A DNA stretch of 63,779 bases, the filler included, from Squatina squatina (lineage: Eukaryota): the NCBI GenBank assembly GCA_031763465.1. It is 4 parts of 4 records of this genome, joined end to end, with 100 filler letters (N's around TTAATTAATTAA, not from the genome) between each part and the next. Parts side by side here need not be neighbours in the genome. Positions count along the whole stretch, not along the records: positions 51,670 to 63,779 come from JARFOE010000073.1; 3 more parts are not named here. The stretch is one strand, 5' to 3'. The position numbers were made by a program, and so were the translations under genes. Position 1 is the stretch's first letter. Each line of letters begins with the position of its first letter. Positions 52,498-63,779 of this stretch are shown one piece after another. The notes beneath the pieces are model-generated. The model saw only the letters and a list, made by a program, of their open reading frames with translations, did no database searches and had not been told where the DNA came from.

Positions 52498-55032
52498 CAG
52501 TCCCATCGCGGAGGATCAGTCCCCTCGGTCCCAGCGCGGAGGGTCATTCCCCTCGGTCCCATTGTGGAGGGTCATTCCCCTCGGTCCCAGTGTGGAGGGT
52601 CAGTCCCCTCGGTCCTAGTGTGGAGGGTCACTCCACTCGGTCCCAGTGTGGAGGGTCACTCCACTCGGTCCCAGTGTGGAGGGTCAGTCCCCTCGGTATC
52701 AGTGTGGGGGTCAGTCCCCTCAGCCCTAGCGTGGAGGGTCAGTCCTCTCGGTCTTAGTTTGGAGGGTCAGTCCCCTCGGTCCCAGAGTGGAGGGTCAGTT
52801 CCCTCGGTCCCATCACGGAGAGTCAGTCCCCTCGGTCTCAGCGCGGAGGGTCAGTCCCCTCGGTCTCAGCGCGGAGGGTCAGTCCCCTCGGTCCCATTGC
52901 GGAGGGTCTGTCCACTCGGTCCCATCACGGAGGGTCAGATCCCTCGGTCTCAGCGAGGAGGCTCAGTCTCCTCAGTCCCATCGCGGAGGATCAGTCCCCT
53001 CGGTCCCAGCGCGGAGGGTCATTCCCCTCGGTCCCATTGTGGAGGGTCAGTCCCCTCGGTCCCAGTGTGGAGGGTCAGTCCCCTTGGTCTCAGTGTGGAG
53101 GGTCACTCCTCTTGGTCCCAGTGTGGAAGGTCAGTCCCCTCGGTCCCAGCGTGGAGGATCAGTCCCCTCGGTCCCAGTGTGGATGGTCAGTCCCCTCGGT
53201 CTCAGTGTGGAGGGTCACACCTCTCGGTCCCAGTGTGGAGGGTCAGTCCCCTAGGTCTCAATGTGGAGGGTCACTCCTCTCGGTCCCAGTGTGGAGGGTC
53301 AGTCCCCTCAGTCCCAGCATGGAGGGTAAGTCCGCTCGGTCCCAGTGTGGAGGGTCAGTCCGCTCGGTCCCAGTGTGGAGGGTCAGTCCTCTTGGTATCA
53401 GTGTGGGGGTCAATCTCCTCGGTATCAGTGTGGGGGTCAGTCCCCTCGGTCTTAGTGTGGAGGGTCAGTCCCCTCGGTATCAGTGTGGGGGTCAGTCTCC
53501 TCGGTCTTAGTGTGGAGGGTCATTCCCCTCGGTCCCAGTGCGGAAGGTCATTCCCCTCGGTCCTAGTGTGGAGGGTCAGTCCTCTCGATCTCAGCCAGGA
53601 GGGTCAGTCCCCTCGGTCCCATCACAGAGGGTCAGTCCCCTCAGTCTCAGCGAGGAGGGTCATTCCCCTCGGTCCCAGTGTGGAGGGTCGGTCCCCTCGG
53701 TCTCAGTGTGGAGGGTCGGTCCCCTCGGTCTCAGTGTGGAGGGTCACTCCTCTCGGTCCCAGTGTGGAGGGCCAATCCCCTCAGTCCCAGCGTGGAGGGT
53801 CACTCCCCTCGTTCCTCGTGTGGAGGGTCAGTTCCCTCATTCCTAGTGTGGAGGGTCAGTTCCCTCATTCCTAGTGTGGAGGGTCAGTTCCCTCGTTCCT
53901 AGTGTGGAGGGTCAGTTCCCTCGTTCCTAGTGTGGAGGGTCAGTCTCCTCAGTCCCAGCGTGGAAGGTCAGTCCCCTCGGTCCCAGCGTGGAGGGTCAGT
54001 CCTCTCTGTCCGAGTGTGGAGGGTCACTCCACTCGGTCCCAGTGTGGAGGGTCAGTCCCCTTGGTCCCTACGTGGAGGGCCAGTCCCTGCGTAGAGGGTC
54101 AGTCCCCTAAGTTCCAGCGTGGAGGGTCAATCCCCTCAGTCCCAACGAGGAGGGTCACTCCCCTTAGTCTCAGTTCGGAGGGTCACTACCCTCGGTCCCA
54201 GTGTGGAGGGTCAGTCCCCTCGGGCTCAGTGTGGAGGGTCAGTCCCCTCGGTCTCAGAGTGGAGGGTTAGTCCCCTCGGTCGCAGTGTGGAGGGACACTC
54301 CTCTCAGTCCCAGCATGGCGGGGCAGTCCGCTTGGTCCCAGCGTGGAGGGTCAGTCCCCTCGGTCCTAGCGCAAAGGGTCAGTCCCCTCGGTCCCAGCGT
54401 GGAGGGTAGGTCCGCTCAGTCCAGTGTGGAGGGTGAGTCCCCTCGCTCCCAGCACGGAGGGTCACTCCCCTCGGTCCCAGCGTGGAGGGTCAGTTCCCTC
54501 GGTCCCAGTGTAGAGCGTCAGTCCCCGCGGTCTCAGCGCGGAGGGTTAGTCCCCTCGGTCCTAGTGTGGAGGGTCAGTCCCCTCGGTCCTAGTGTGGAGG
54601 GTCAGTCCCCTCGGTCCGAGCGTGGAGGGTCAGTTCCCTCGGTCTCAGTGTGGAGGGTCAGTCCCCTCGGTCTCAGTGTGGAGGGTCAGTCCCCTCGGGT
54701 CCAACGCGGAAGGTCAGTTCCCTTGGTCCCAGTGTGGAGGGTCAGTCCCCTCGGTCCTAGTGTGGAGGGTCAGTCCCCTCGGTCCGAGCGTGAAGGGTCA
54801 GTTCCCTCGGTCTCAGTGTGGAGGGTCAGTTCCCTCAGTCCCAGCACGGAGGGTCAGTCCCCTCGGTCTCAGTGTGGAGGGTCAGTCCCCTCGGTCCCAG
54901 TGTGGAGGGTCACTCCCCTCGGTCCTAGAGTGGAGGGTCAGTCCCCTCGGTCCGAGTGTGGAGGGTCAGTTCGCTCGGTCCTAGTGTGGAGGGTCACTCC
55001 CCTCGTTCCTACTGTGGAGGCTCACACCACCC
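52498..55032. repeat. 28-bp satellite (GTGGAGGGTCAGTCCCCTCGGTCCCAGT), about 90 copies
   Basis: Direct tandem repeat; translated ORFs have a 28-aa period, equal to three units. Confidence 0.97.
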
Positions 55033-55583
55033 NNNNNNNNNNNNNNNNNNNNNNNNNNNNNNNNNNNNNNNNNNNNNNNNNNNNNNNNNNNNNNNNNNNN
55101 NNNNNNNNNNNNNNNNNNNNNNNNNNNNNNNNCCGCAACGGAAGTTAGACCCCTAACGCCCATTCTACATTTAGCGCTAGCGCCGGAGTGCCAATTCGCC
55201 GCCCAAATGATCAATAAAAAGAAAGAAAACATATCATTCAAACAAAGGGAATTAAAGAATGAGAATTAGTGATTGCTAATTAGGAGACGTAACACAGACT
55301 TCAAGAGATAGTCAACCAGCAGCACACAAGACTATCTGACAAAATAACCACACGATTTATTTTGAGTTATTTTCCCCAATTTTCTTCTATCTTTGCATAT
55401 TATATCACCCCCAGAATGCAGAATTCTATCTGCAACTCTCAGATGCATTTAAAATTCCTCCCCCGTAGCTATGGCAAACAAATTAGATGAACTATGTGGT
55501 CTTCTGGGCAAGATTCAATTCCTGGAACTCGGCAGTGACCCGACTACATACTGCAGAAATTGTTACCAAAGAAATATGCTTAC

Positions 55584-55693
55584 CACAGATGTCTATGCAG
55601 ATGTCTAATGGTGCAAAAAGGAACTTTCCATCTGGGCAGAAACAACCTTCATTCTGACCACTCTTGTCACTAGGTGCATTTTTGTCAGTGTAC
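55584..55693 (-). CDS. Gel-forming mucin exon, second half of TIL domain after VWD4/C8
   Basis: AG/GT bounded, 110 nt; (R)YTDKNAPSDKSGQNEGCFCPDGKFLFAPLDICIDIC(G); phase matches previous exon. Confidence 0.88.
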
Positions 55694-55822
55694 CTAATCA
55701 TTAAAGAAAGAATATTAATTCTATACAGTAAACGGGGGAGCGAGAGAGAATGAAAGAAAGAGAGAGAAAGAGCATTCCAATTGTTGTCATCGAGAATGCT
55801 TTGCTAAATAAGTAGAACAAAC

Positions 55823-55892
55823 CTTGAACTACAAGTAGGTTGTTCCTCTGGCTCACACGATTTGTACTCCATTGTTGCAGGGCAGTGATATT
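55823..55892 (-). CDS. Mucin exon, first half of TIL domain
   Basis: 70 nt; (Q)YHCPATMEYKSCEPEEQPTCSS(R); phases consistent. Confidence 0.88.
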
Positions 55893-56049
55893 CTGTTTGG
55901 GTTATATTGAATGAGACAACTTGAGAGAAATTGAGCATCAAACCAAAATCTGTATAAATGTTTACTGTTTTAATTAATAATTGATATGTTGCATACTTAT
56001 GCATGTTTTAAAATGTCCAGATTCTATGAAGACAGATTTAATTACTTAC

Positions 56050-56231
56050 GACATGATCCATTGGTATGTTCTCGCCAGCTGATACAGATATCTCCTTCAG
56101 ATTTGCATATCTTAGAATAAATTGCTAAACTGGAACATATTATTGTGTCATTCCTCATCTGGCATCCATCACGTACACATGCTTCATAATATGGGCCTGG
56201 AGGAACTATGTCATGGCATTTCGAAAAGGCA
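56050..56231 (-). CDS. Mucin exon, C8 domain of the D4 assembly
   Basis: 182 nt; AFSKCHDIVPPGPYYEACVRDGCQMRNDTIICSSLAIYSKICKSEGDICISWREHTNGSC; donor GTAAGT. Confidence 0.92.
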
Positions 56232-57372
56232 CTAAGGAAACAAAGATTATGTTACAAATTCAAAAAGTTCAGTGTTGAGCTGTCTTGCTTCCTGTGCAGT
56301 TGGCTGACCTTGTTTGCTTATGCCCCCATTCATTTGATGCTGGGGTGGAACTATTATCTCCCTCCATTTTTTCTCTCTCTTTTCTCCTTCCTGTTTGATT
56401 TGCCTCTCCTCTCCTCAAAGGCTGACCAAATCAGGCTATTCATCCCAGTGAGGAGAAATCCATTCATGACAATGCTTTAAAAGACCCCAGTTGACTGGCA
56501 TGCTGCCAAGGGTTATTGAACACGAGTAGAGATTTCGGTAATTTTGATTCTATTTTTCTTTAGTGTCATAATATCTATTAAGCTGTTTATATATTCAGTA
56601 TAAATTGATTCCTTGGCCTAGTATGTCACAGGATGCCAGTGTACATATTACAGGTGGCCTTGTGCCTGAAATCAACAGGCTCTGCAGCTGTCCATCTCAG
56701 GAGCCTACCTAAGATGGCAAGAATCCCAACGTAAAGGTGATGACCCGACACCACTTTCAGATCTGAAAATCACTCCCATGCCGTTACAAACCATACTAAA
56801 AACAGACACTACACGCACACTTAAAACTCACACGACNNNNNNNNNNNNNNNNNNNNNNNNNNNNNNNNNNNNNNNNNNNNNNNNNNNNNNNNNNNNNNNN
56901 NNNNNNNNNNNNNNNNNNNNNNNNNNNNNNNNNNNNTGCACCTATTTTTCTATGTTTCTATGTTTCTAACCCCTACAGAGGGCAGAATTTCTACTCTATT
57001 GTTTCCATTTGTAGGTAAATCAAAAAGGAGTAGTAGACACATAAAGGGGAAAGTTAGAAGAAATATTAATGTAAAGAGTTAGAGGAATATAGTATGTTTT
57101 GCCACAAGTGGTGATCAATGTTAAATCGACTACAGCATTCAAAATGATTACTTGCCTGAACAAGAAAATAGTTTGGAGAGAAAGCAGTCCTGAAAGGTGC
57201 CTGAATTCAATGCAGCCAAGGGCTGAATGATCTCATGTTAGGATAAAATTTGTACATTGTTTTACAATTCCTGATATGAGAATGAAAGGTGAAAAACAGT
57301 TTATTGATTAAATGGGCTGACCACATTCCAAACCTGACCAAGTTGGCGTTTTCACACTGAGATATGACTTAC

Positions 57373-57619
57373 GGGCCTAAAATGATGTTGCAAATCTCTG
57401 ATGCAGCACAAGGTGTGGTCGGTGCTGTTGACATGATGGTTGTAGTTTCCATATGTGACCGAGTTGAATGATGTGTTGGTGGTGGGGTTGTATTCCCTGA
57501 TTCACAGTGTGGCATATTCTTATCTTTAACGTGCCAGTAAGGTGCTGAACGAGAGCAAGAAGGTACGACAGTTCCATCAGGCAATGTGCAGTCATCCGTC
57601 CTGCTGTTTGTACAGGTAC
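57373..57619 (-). CDS. Mucin exon, end of VWD4 plus Thr/Pro linker
   Basis: 247 nt; (G)TCTNSRTDDCTLPDGTVVPSCS...W...HC...TTPPPT...PCAASEICNIILG(P); donor GTAAGT. Confidence 0.92.
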
Positions 57620-57669
57620 CTAGGGAATTGGAAATTGAAACATTATTTCTAATTTCATCACAAGCTCAC

Positions 57670-57965
57670 AAGATAGTTATGGATGAGGAAGGCCATTCGG
57701 CCCATCTTATTCATCCATCCAGACAGATCCTAACGTCACCCCATTGCAGCATCCAATTGTTTCTTAAATGAATCAAGGGTTTGTCCCTCTATTACTCTAT
57801 CCGGATGTTTATTCCACATGTTGACTCCTCTTTGTGTGAAGAGGAATTTGCTGATATTTGTCTTAAAAGTACTTCTCTCTGGTTTGAACTTGTATCCACT
57901 TGTCCTGCTCCGACAGTTTAATTTAAAGTAACATTCCGGGCTATATACCACCATTAGATCACCTC
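57670..57965 (-). mobile_element. CR1 LINE 3' end (intronic)
   Basis: RTSGYKF...FLFTQRGVNMWNKHP....LDSFKKQLD. Confidence 0.85.
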
Positions 57966-58900
57966 TCAGTCACCATATTTTCTCTTACAAAGGAATATCC
58001 CTGAAAAACAGGGAATGAGAAATGAATATCCCTGAAAAAAGAGCTAGGGTTAAAGCAATTTGAGGTATTGACTTTCAAAACATCATGTCCACAGTGTACT
58101 GCCAAAAACTCTCCTTAATTTATTAGGGCACCCAATTCGTCATTTTCTTTTGGCGCTAAACTGGCGTTAAATAGGCGTTACGGGCTTAACGCCGATTTTG
58201 GGCGTTAAACTTTGCGCCGAGAAATTCGTCCCCTGTTAACTCTGGCGCTAAATGAGCACTAACCCCTTAAGGCCTCAATCGCAAAGTTCAGCATGAGAGT
58301 GTCTAGATGACATCATCCGTAGGCACAACGGCAAAAATGGCCACCTGCTGTAGAATTCGACAAGGCTACAGTGCCTTAACCTTTGCGGTGTCAACGCCTC
58401 ATTTTTTGGGCGTTGCCATGCCTCATCTCAGAACTTTGAGTGTTAATGAAAGCCCTGGGACTGGGCTTCATTCTCACTTTGTCTCACAGCTCCATTTCGA
58501 TCAGATCACGTGACTTTTCACTTTAAAGCCCACTCTGAGACAGTGCTGACTTCTCTTTGGTTTGTCTTGNNNNNNNNNNNNNNNNNNNNNNNNNNNNNNN
58601 NNNNNNNNNNNNNNNNNNNNNNNNNNNNNNNNNNNNNNNNNNNNNNNNNNNNNNNNNNNNNNNNNNNNNTATTCGTCCCTTAGTGCCAGAAACTCAGGGC
58701 AATCGATATGGGCATCCTTAATCTCCTGAGGGAAAGTACTAACCAGAGTAAAAACTTTCAAGGGTCAAGCATCTCCATCAGCATTAAGGAAATCAGTTGA
58801 AAGCTCCAGAGTCTCAATCCATATTACAATCTCAAGACAGAGACAACATTTTATAATATTGAAAACTGGAAGTAAAAATAGTGATTCAAGTGTTACATAC

Positions 58901-59084
58901 CACACTGTCCTTCGACATTTTTTCCAAAGATCTTGTAGGGGAGGTCTATTGTAAACACCAGGCCATCAAATGTAATAGTGGAATTAATGGCAACAATCTT
59001 AACCTTTACAGTGATCCCTGAGGAACTGATCCTTATCCCATCATGGTAATAAGGTGGTATAATCTCCTGATCATTGAACAGTGC
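58901..59084 (-). CDS. Mucin exon, VWD4 domain
   Basis: 184 nt; ALFNDQEIIPPYYHDGIRISSSGITVKVKIVAINSTITFDGLVFTIDLPYKIFGKNVEGQC(G); joins next exon as EGQC-GTC; donor GTATGT. Confidence 0.92.
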
Positions 59085-60805
59085 CTGTACAACAAAAACA
59101 AAGTCCTCCAGTCAACTACTGCCTCATTTCTGTCACATCTGTACTTTCTAAACTTGAGGAAGCTGCTGGTAACTTGGTTCTCAATTTAAAAAGAATCAGA
59201 ATTTTTAAGAGTACAGCTTGAAATTCCATGCCATTTTCAGTGTAATTTCAGTGTATAATCAGGGCAAGTACCCTTTTTGGCAGAAAAATCAGGTAGCAGC
59301 TGTTCATGGCAGTCTTCCATCCCAAAATCAAGCCCCTCCCCCAAACTCCCTTGTGCCTTTTGTCCTTCTCAGGAGCCATTCACCAAATCACAAGCGAGCC
59401 TATTTATATCAGTTATATTGAGGGCCAGTGGGTTAGAGCCATGACCTGGTAGATAATAAAGGCTCATGTTCAAAGGCTATTCAGGCACAAACAATAGTTT
59501 TAATTGTGGACAGTTTCTAGAAATTTGCCTAGTGATGTTTTGCATCCTGTATCGGCAGATGAACTAAGGTGTGTCATTCTGCAATATGATTCTAATTGCA
59601 ATGATATGTAATTTATTTTACTTTATCTTACACAAAAATAGCAGACCCTATATCAGTCAAATCAAAAGATCACATCACTGGCAGCAGTAATGCAAAAGAC
59701 TCCATTTGCTGGTATTTCTATAAATGCCTAGAATGTGGCCTGTCATCAGTGCATTCAAACCTAGCTGTATGTAATCTGCTGTCAAGCAGCTCCTGACAGA
59801 TCCATGATTCCACAAATCCCCAATTAGCCGTTACAGTTATCCCTACGTATCATCAAGTTGTGTGCAGCCATTAACATTTTTACATTCCTCTAAATAACAG
59901 TCAGATGGATTTGGTATTCAGCTGCTAATTAAAAGGGAATCATCATGATTTTGCAGAATTCCTTGTGGAATCAGCTTTTCCAAGAGCCTTCTCCAAAAAA
60001 CTTAGCTTCAGAACCATCACATGCGGGGAAGGATTTGCTGAGAGCTGCTCCCGCTCCACCATCGCAACTTGGCCGAAAGCATGGAAGAGATCCCATTTAC
60101 GCGCATACTAGGGTTTCCGTTATACTTCGAGTGAAGTTAGCAGAGGATTGGGAACAGATCCACAACCCATGAGCTGTGTGTTAATTTGCATGCAAATATT
60201 TGTTTCCATATTAACAGTAATTGCTCACTAGATAACCATTTCAAAGTATACTTCGGGATATCATTAGGAATTTTTGATGTTAAAATCCTGAGGAATTTTA
60301 CTGATCTTCCAGAATCTTTGTGCATTGAGAACAATTTAGAACTGACCAGGTTTTGGAATACACTTGCCTATTGTTTAAAAATGTTTATCTAATTTAGTGA
60401 TACATCAGATGTACTATATTTAAATAAAGTATTTTCCCCCTTTGCTTTCTCTCACCAGCTTTCTCCTCTTGCCTTCTTTCACAAAAACATATACTCCTTG
60501 CTGAGGTATAGTTTCACAAGTACTGGTCGCCCTCCGATACCTAACACAACTGGACATTATTCATGTGTCCGTGTTGGCAGGCTCATAGCCGAGCTTGATC
60601 CTGCCTTCATCTGATGTCCACACCCACGTGCTATTAGCAAGAATCACTGTTTCGTGATCAGAAGCAAGAACTCTGCCCAGTTTTCCTGTCCCTAACCTGT
60701 GAGACNNNNNNNNNNNNNNNNNNNNNNNNNNNNNNNNNNNNNNNNNNNNNNNNNNNNNNNNNNNNNNNNNNNNNNNNNNNNNNNNNNNNNNNNNNNNNNN
60801 NNNNN

Positions 60806-61054
60806 GAGCTGTTGTTGTGCTCAGTGTAGTGGTTGGAGCTGTTGTTGTGCTCAGTGTAGTGGTTGGAGCTGTTGTTTCGAAGGTTAGTGTTGTACTGGGG
60901 ATTGTGGAGGTCTTCGGAGTACATGGGTAGACTTTTCTGCTTATTGTGCCATTCACACCGCATGCTGCTTTGATGCATCCTCCAATCCCGTCTGTTGTAT
61001 GGTAGATAATATCACCCTCATGGAAGGTTTTACCATCATAAACGCAGGTGCACT
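60806..61054 (-). CDS. Mucin exon: Cys-rich segment after D3 and start of PTS region (truncated by gap)
   Basis: (E)CTCVYDGKTFHEGDIIYHTTDGIGGCIKAACGVNGTISRKVYPC, very like MUC5AC/MUC5B, followed by a 30-nt repeat encoding TTTAPTTTLS. Confidence 0.92.
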
Positions 61055-61161
61055 CTGACAAGATAAAATAGCAATCAAGACATCAACAACATTCCATCAA
61101 ATGGTTTATTCATTAAGTAATAAAATATCTAAGACGAGTACATTATGTAGAATGAACCTAC

Positions 61162-61205
61162 CTGATTTGTCATAGGTGCACTGTACGTCACTGTTTATAC
61201 ACTTG
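61162..61205 (-). CDS. Mucin 44-nt exon
   Basis: ttttttAG|c KCINSDVQCTYDKS g|GTAGGT; in phase with the next exon. Confidence 0.85.
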
Positions 61206-62957
61206 CTAAAAAAATTAAAACAATATAATGGTTACTTCTTTTCACATTTCTTGGAGTACTTCAGTTTAATAAAATACAAAAAAATCAATATAGGTTTTTG
61301 TTAGAATGGCTTAATTTCTCGTGCCATAGTTTAAAGTTGTGACATTGTCATGGATATATAAGAAAGCAAGGAATGAGAACAGGTTATTGGCCCATGAAGA
61401 ACATTGTTGGGTGGCCTTGAGCTGGTAACCTTTTAGTTGATAACCAAGGGCACTGACCAACTCCACCACAGAGTTTTCCAAAATTAACATTTTATGTAAT
61501 GCATCATTCCATAGTCTATTGTAGTAGAAAAGTCAGCTGCACAGATCTATACTTTACAATATTGTGTGATTTCTACATAATGGGATTGAATGCAATTGGC
61601 GATCCAGGTGCCTAAAAATGCGTTTGTTTTGGGAAGTGTTTTTTCCCCTCAAATTTCTGCATGTCGGCAAACACAAAATCTGTCTTAAACCAGCACAGTC
61701 AAGCAGCGTTTTAGAACATAATTTTTTCAAAAAATTTGCTTTAATAAATATTTCTTGATATATTTAAGAGTGGCAACCTGGTTTTATTAATACAGCTGAA
61801 CATATGTTTATTAAAAAAGATAAGCACTTTAATCAGAGTCCAGTCCCTAACCTGATTTTAAATAACTGAAAATGACTTTAAAAAAGGATACAGAACCATT
61901 TGCTCGTTTCATTGGCATACAGTAGTCAGCTTCTTAGTAAATTACATTTTTTGTAATATTTAAAAACTTTTAAAATGCGACTCCTCATGCCTTTGCGCAT
62001 AAAAAAGCTTATTTTTAAGAGTCTCCTTGAAGGGCCGCAAACGGGCGCAATTAGCAAATGCTCACCATGCGCATTGTTTCAATCTGGGGTGGGGCGTGGC
62101 CAATTTTGTGGGTGGGGCCTCCGATTTACACTTGACGTAACTTGCGCTTAAAATTGCTTGATTTTTTTACGCTGGTTTGGCCAATTTCAGGGGGTGCAGG
62201 AATAGAGAGACCTCAGGGTGTATCTACGCACATCTTTGAAATTGGCAAAATAAGTGGAGAAGGCAATTGAAAAGGCATATAGTATCCTTGGCTTTATTAC
62301 TAGAGGAATAGAGTATAAAAGCAAGGAAGTTGTGCTAAACCTTTATAAANNNNNNNNNNNNNNNNNNNNNNNNNNNNNNNNNNNNNNNNNNNNNNNNNNN
62401 NNNNNNNNNNNNNNNNNNNNNNNNNNNNNNNNNNNNNNNNNNNNNNNNNATCAGCATGCAGCGACGCTGACGCGGTGCAGCTGACTTCGGCAGCGTGGCG
62501 GTGAGGCCACGCCAGTGACGTCCCCAGCCAGCTGCTCCAGTTGCGCCCGGGAGCGAGGCCGACACCATTGCACCTCACACCTGCCATCATGAAAAGTGCC
62601 GGCTCCCACCCGCTACCGCCCCAGGAGCGCCTCAGGCAAATTGCACGCCCGCTGTATCTAATGTGCATTAATGATTTGATTGCTTCAAACTTTCCTTTCC
62701 TTGCATAAAGAGGGAATATGGTGTAGGTTTGCTGCTTTCCTTGGCACTGGTTTTTACTATGCTAATGAGATTCTCAGGAAATTTTAGCATAACTCACCAA
62801 TGGGGAGATCGGTGTAAATTGTGACATAAATATCAGCGTAACTTAGGGTTACCTCTCAGCTGTGGGTAATGAATAACCCCTGGGGGACAGGATGGAAAGA
62901 CATGGCGTTAAAAACCCTCCCCAGCTTCAAATTGAATGAAAGCAGACTATTACTCAC

Positions 62958-63114
62958 GACAAATTTCAGGGTTTCTCCAGGAAATGCACACCCCAACCAT
63001 ATTGCAGGCCAAAGAGTAGGCAGCTATAGCTGTACACAAACATTCACAGTCTCCACCAGTGTCACAGGCACATGCGTCACGTACACAAGCCTCATAATAT
63101 GGGGCTGGGTTGAC
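62958..63114 (-). CDS. Mucin exon, C8 domain of the D3 assembly (MUC5AC/MUC5B/MUC2 family)
   Basis: 157 nt; VNPAPYYEACVRDACACDTGGDCECLCTAIAAYSLACNMVGVCISWRNPEIC; AG and GTGAGT boundaries. Confidence 0.94.
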
Positions 63115-63255
63115 CTGAAAAGTAAACATGATAAAATCTGGCATCTCAAATGAAAAAATACATCGATGGAAATCTTGATGGATATGAAACAGTTCTGCAA
63201 TTTTAATTAACAGTGTACATATTCATATAGATGTACCTATGGAGCTAAGATTGTA

Positions 63256-63779
63256 TAAGAACATAAGAAATAGGAACAGGAGTAGGCCATTTGGCCCCTC
63301 GAGCCTGTTCCATCATTCAACAAGATCGTGGCTGATCTTCTACCTCAACTCCACCTTCCTGCACTATCCCCATATCCCTTAATGCCCTTAATATTCAAAA
63401 ATCTATCGATCTCTGTCTTTAATATACTCAACAACTGAGGATCTACAGCCCTCTGGGGCAGAGAATTCCAAAGATTCACAACCCTTTGAATAAAGAAAGT
63501 TCTCCTCATCTCAGTGCTCAATGGCCTTACCCCTTATTCTGACATTGTGACCTCGCATTCTAGATTCCCCAGCCAGGGGAAACATTTTCCTAGCATTAAC
63601 CCTGTCAAGCTCCTTAAGAGTTTTTTATTTTTCAGTTAGATCACCTCTCATTCTGCTAAACTCTTGGGAATATAGGTATAGTCTTCTCAATATCTCCTCA
63701 CAGGGCAATCCCCTCATCCCAGGAACGAGTCAAGTGAACTTCCTCTAAGGGCACGTCTGTCTTTCCTTAGGAGACCAGC
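63256..63779 (-). mobile_element. CR1 LINE 3' end
   Basis: (ataagaac)n tail and reverse complement of the CR1 ORF2 C-terminus; similar to 20980-21230. Confidence 0.9.

Noticed and set aside
52498-55032. CRISPR array (28-bp partly palindromic repeat)
   Set aside because: Units are head-to-tail with no unique spacers, there are no cas genes, and the context is vertebrate.

Overview
Eukaryotic vertebrate genomic DNA, very likely a shark or other cartilaginous fish (inferred from SacSINE1/DeuSINE-like and LF-SINE-like SINEs and abundant CR1 LINEs). The window is not one contiguous locus: three artificial 100-bp linkers (44 N + TTAATTAATTAA + 44 N) join four unrelated scaffolds, each broken by many 100-N placeholder gaps. 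Segment 1 (1-14795): no recognisable gene, mostly LINE and SINE relics plus a 22-bp minisatellite. Segment 2 (14896-32476): four coding exons of RUNX2 (+, P2/MRIPV start), preceded by a CpG-rich housekeeping-type promoter that is probably the nested antisense SUPT3H promoter. Segment 3 (32577-51569): terminal coding exon of CYP26B1 (+), a decayed hAT transposase, a Harbinger Myb/SANT relic, SINEs, minisatellites and candidate enhancers. Segment 4 (51670-63779): eight exons of a MUC5AC/MUC5B-like gel-forming mucin (-) and a 2.5-kb 28-bp satellite. I found no support for a wholly new biological system. The best leads are substitutions at normally conserved RUNX2 positions, the candidate SUPT3H promoter with paired ZNF143-type motifs, a strong-Kozak uORF in the RUNX2 P2 leader, and minisatellites apparently seeded from SINE/LINE segments. 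All comparisons to known families are from memory, not from searches.
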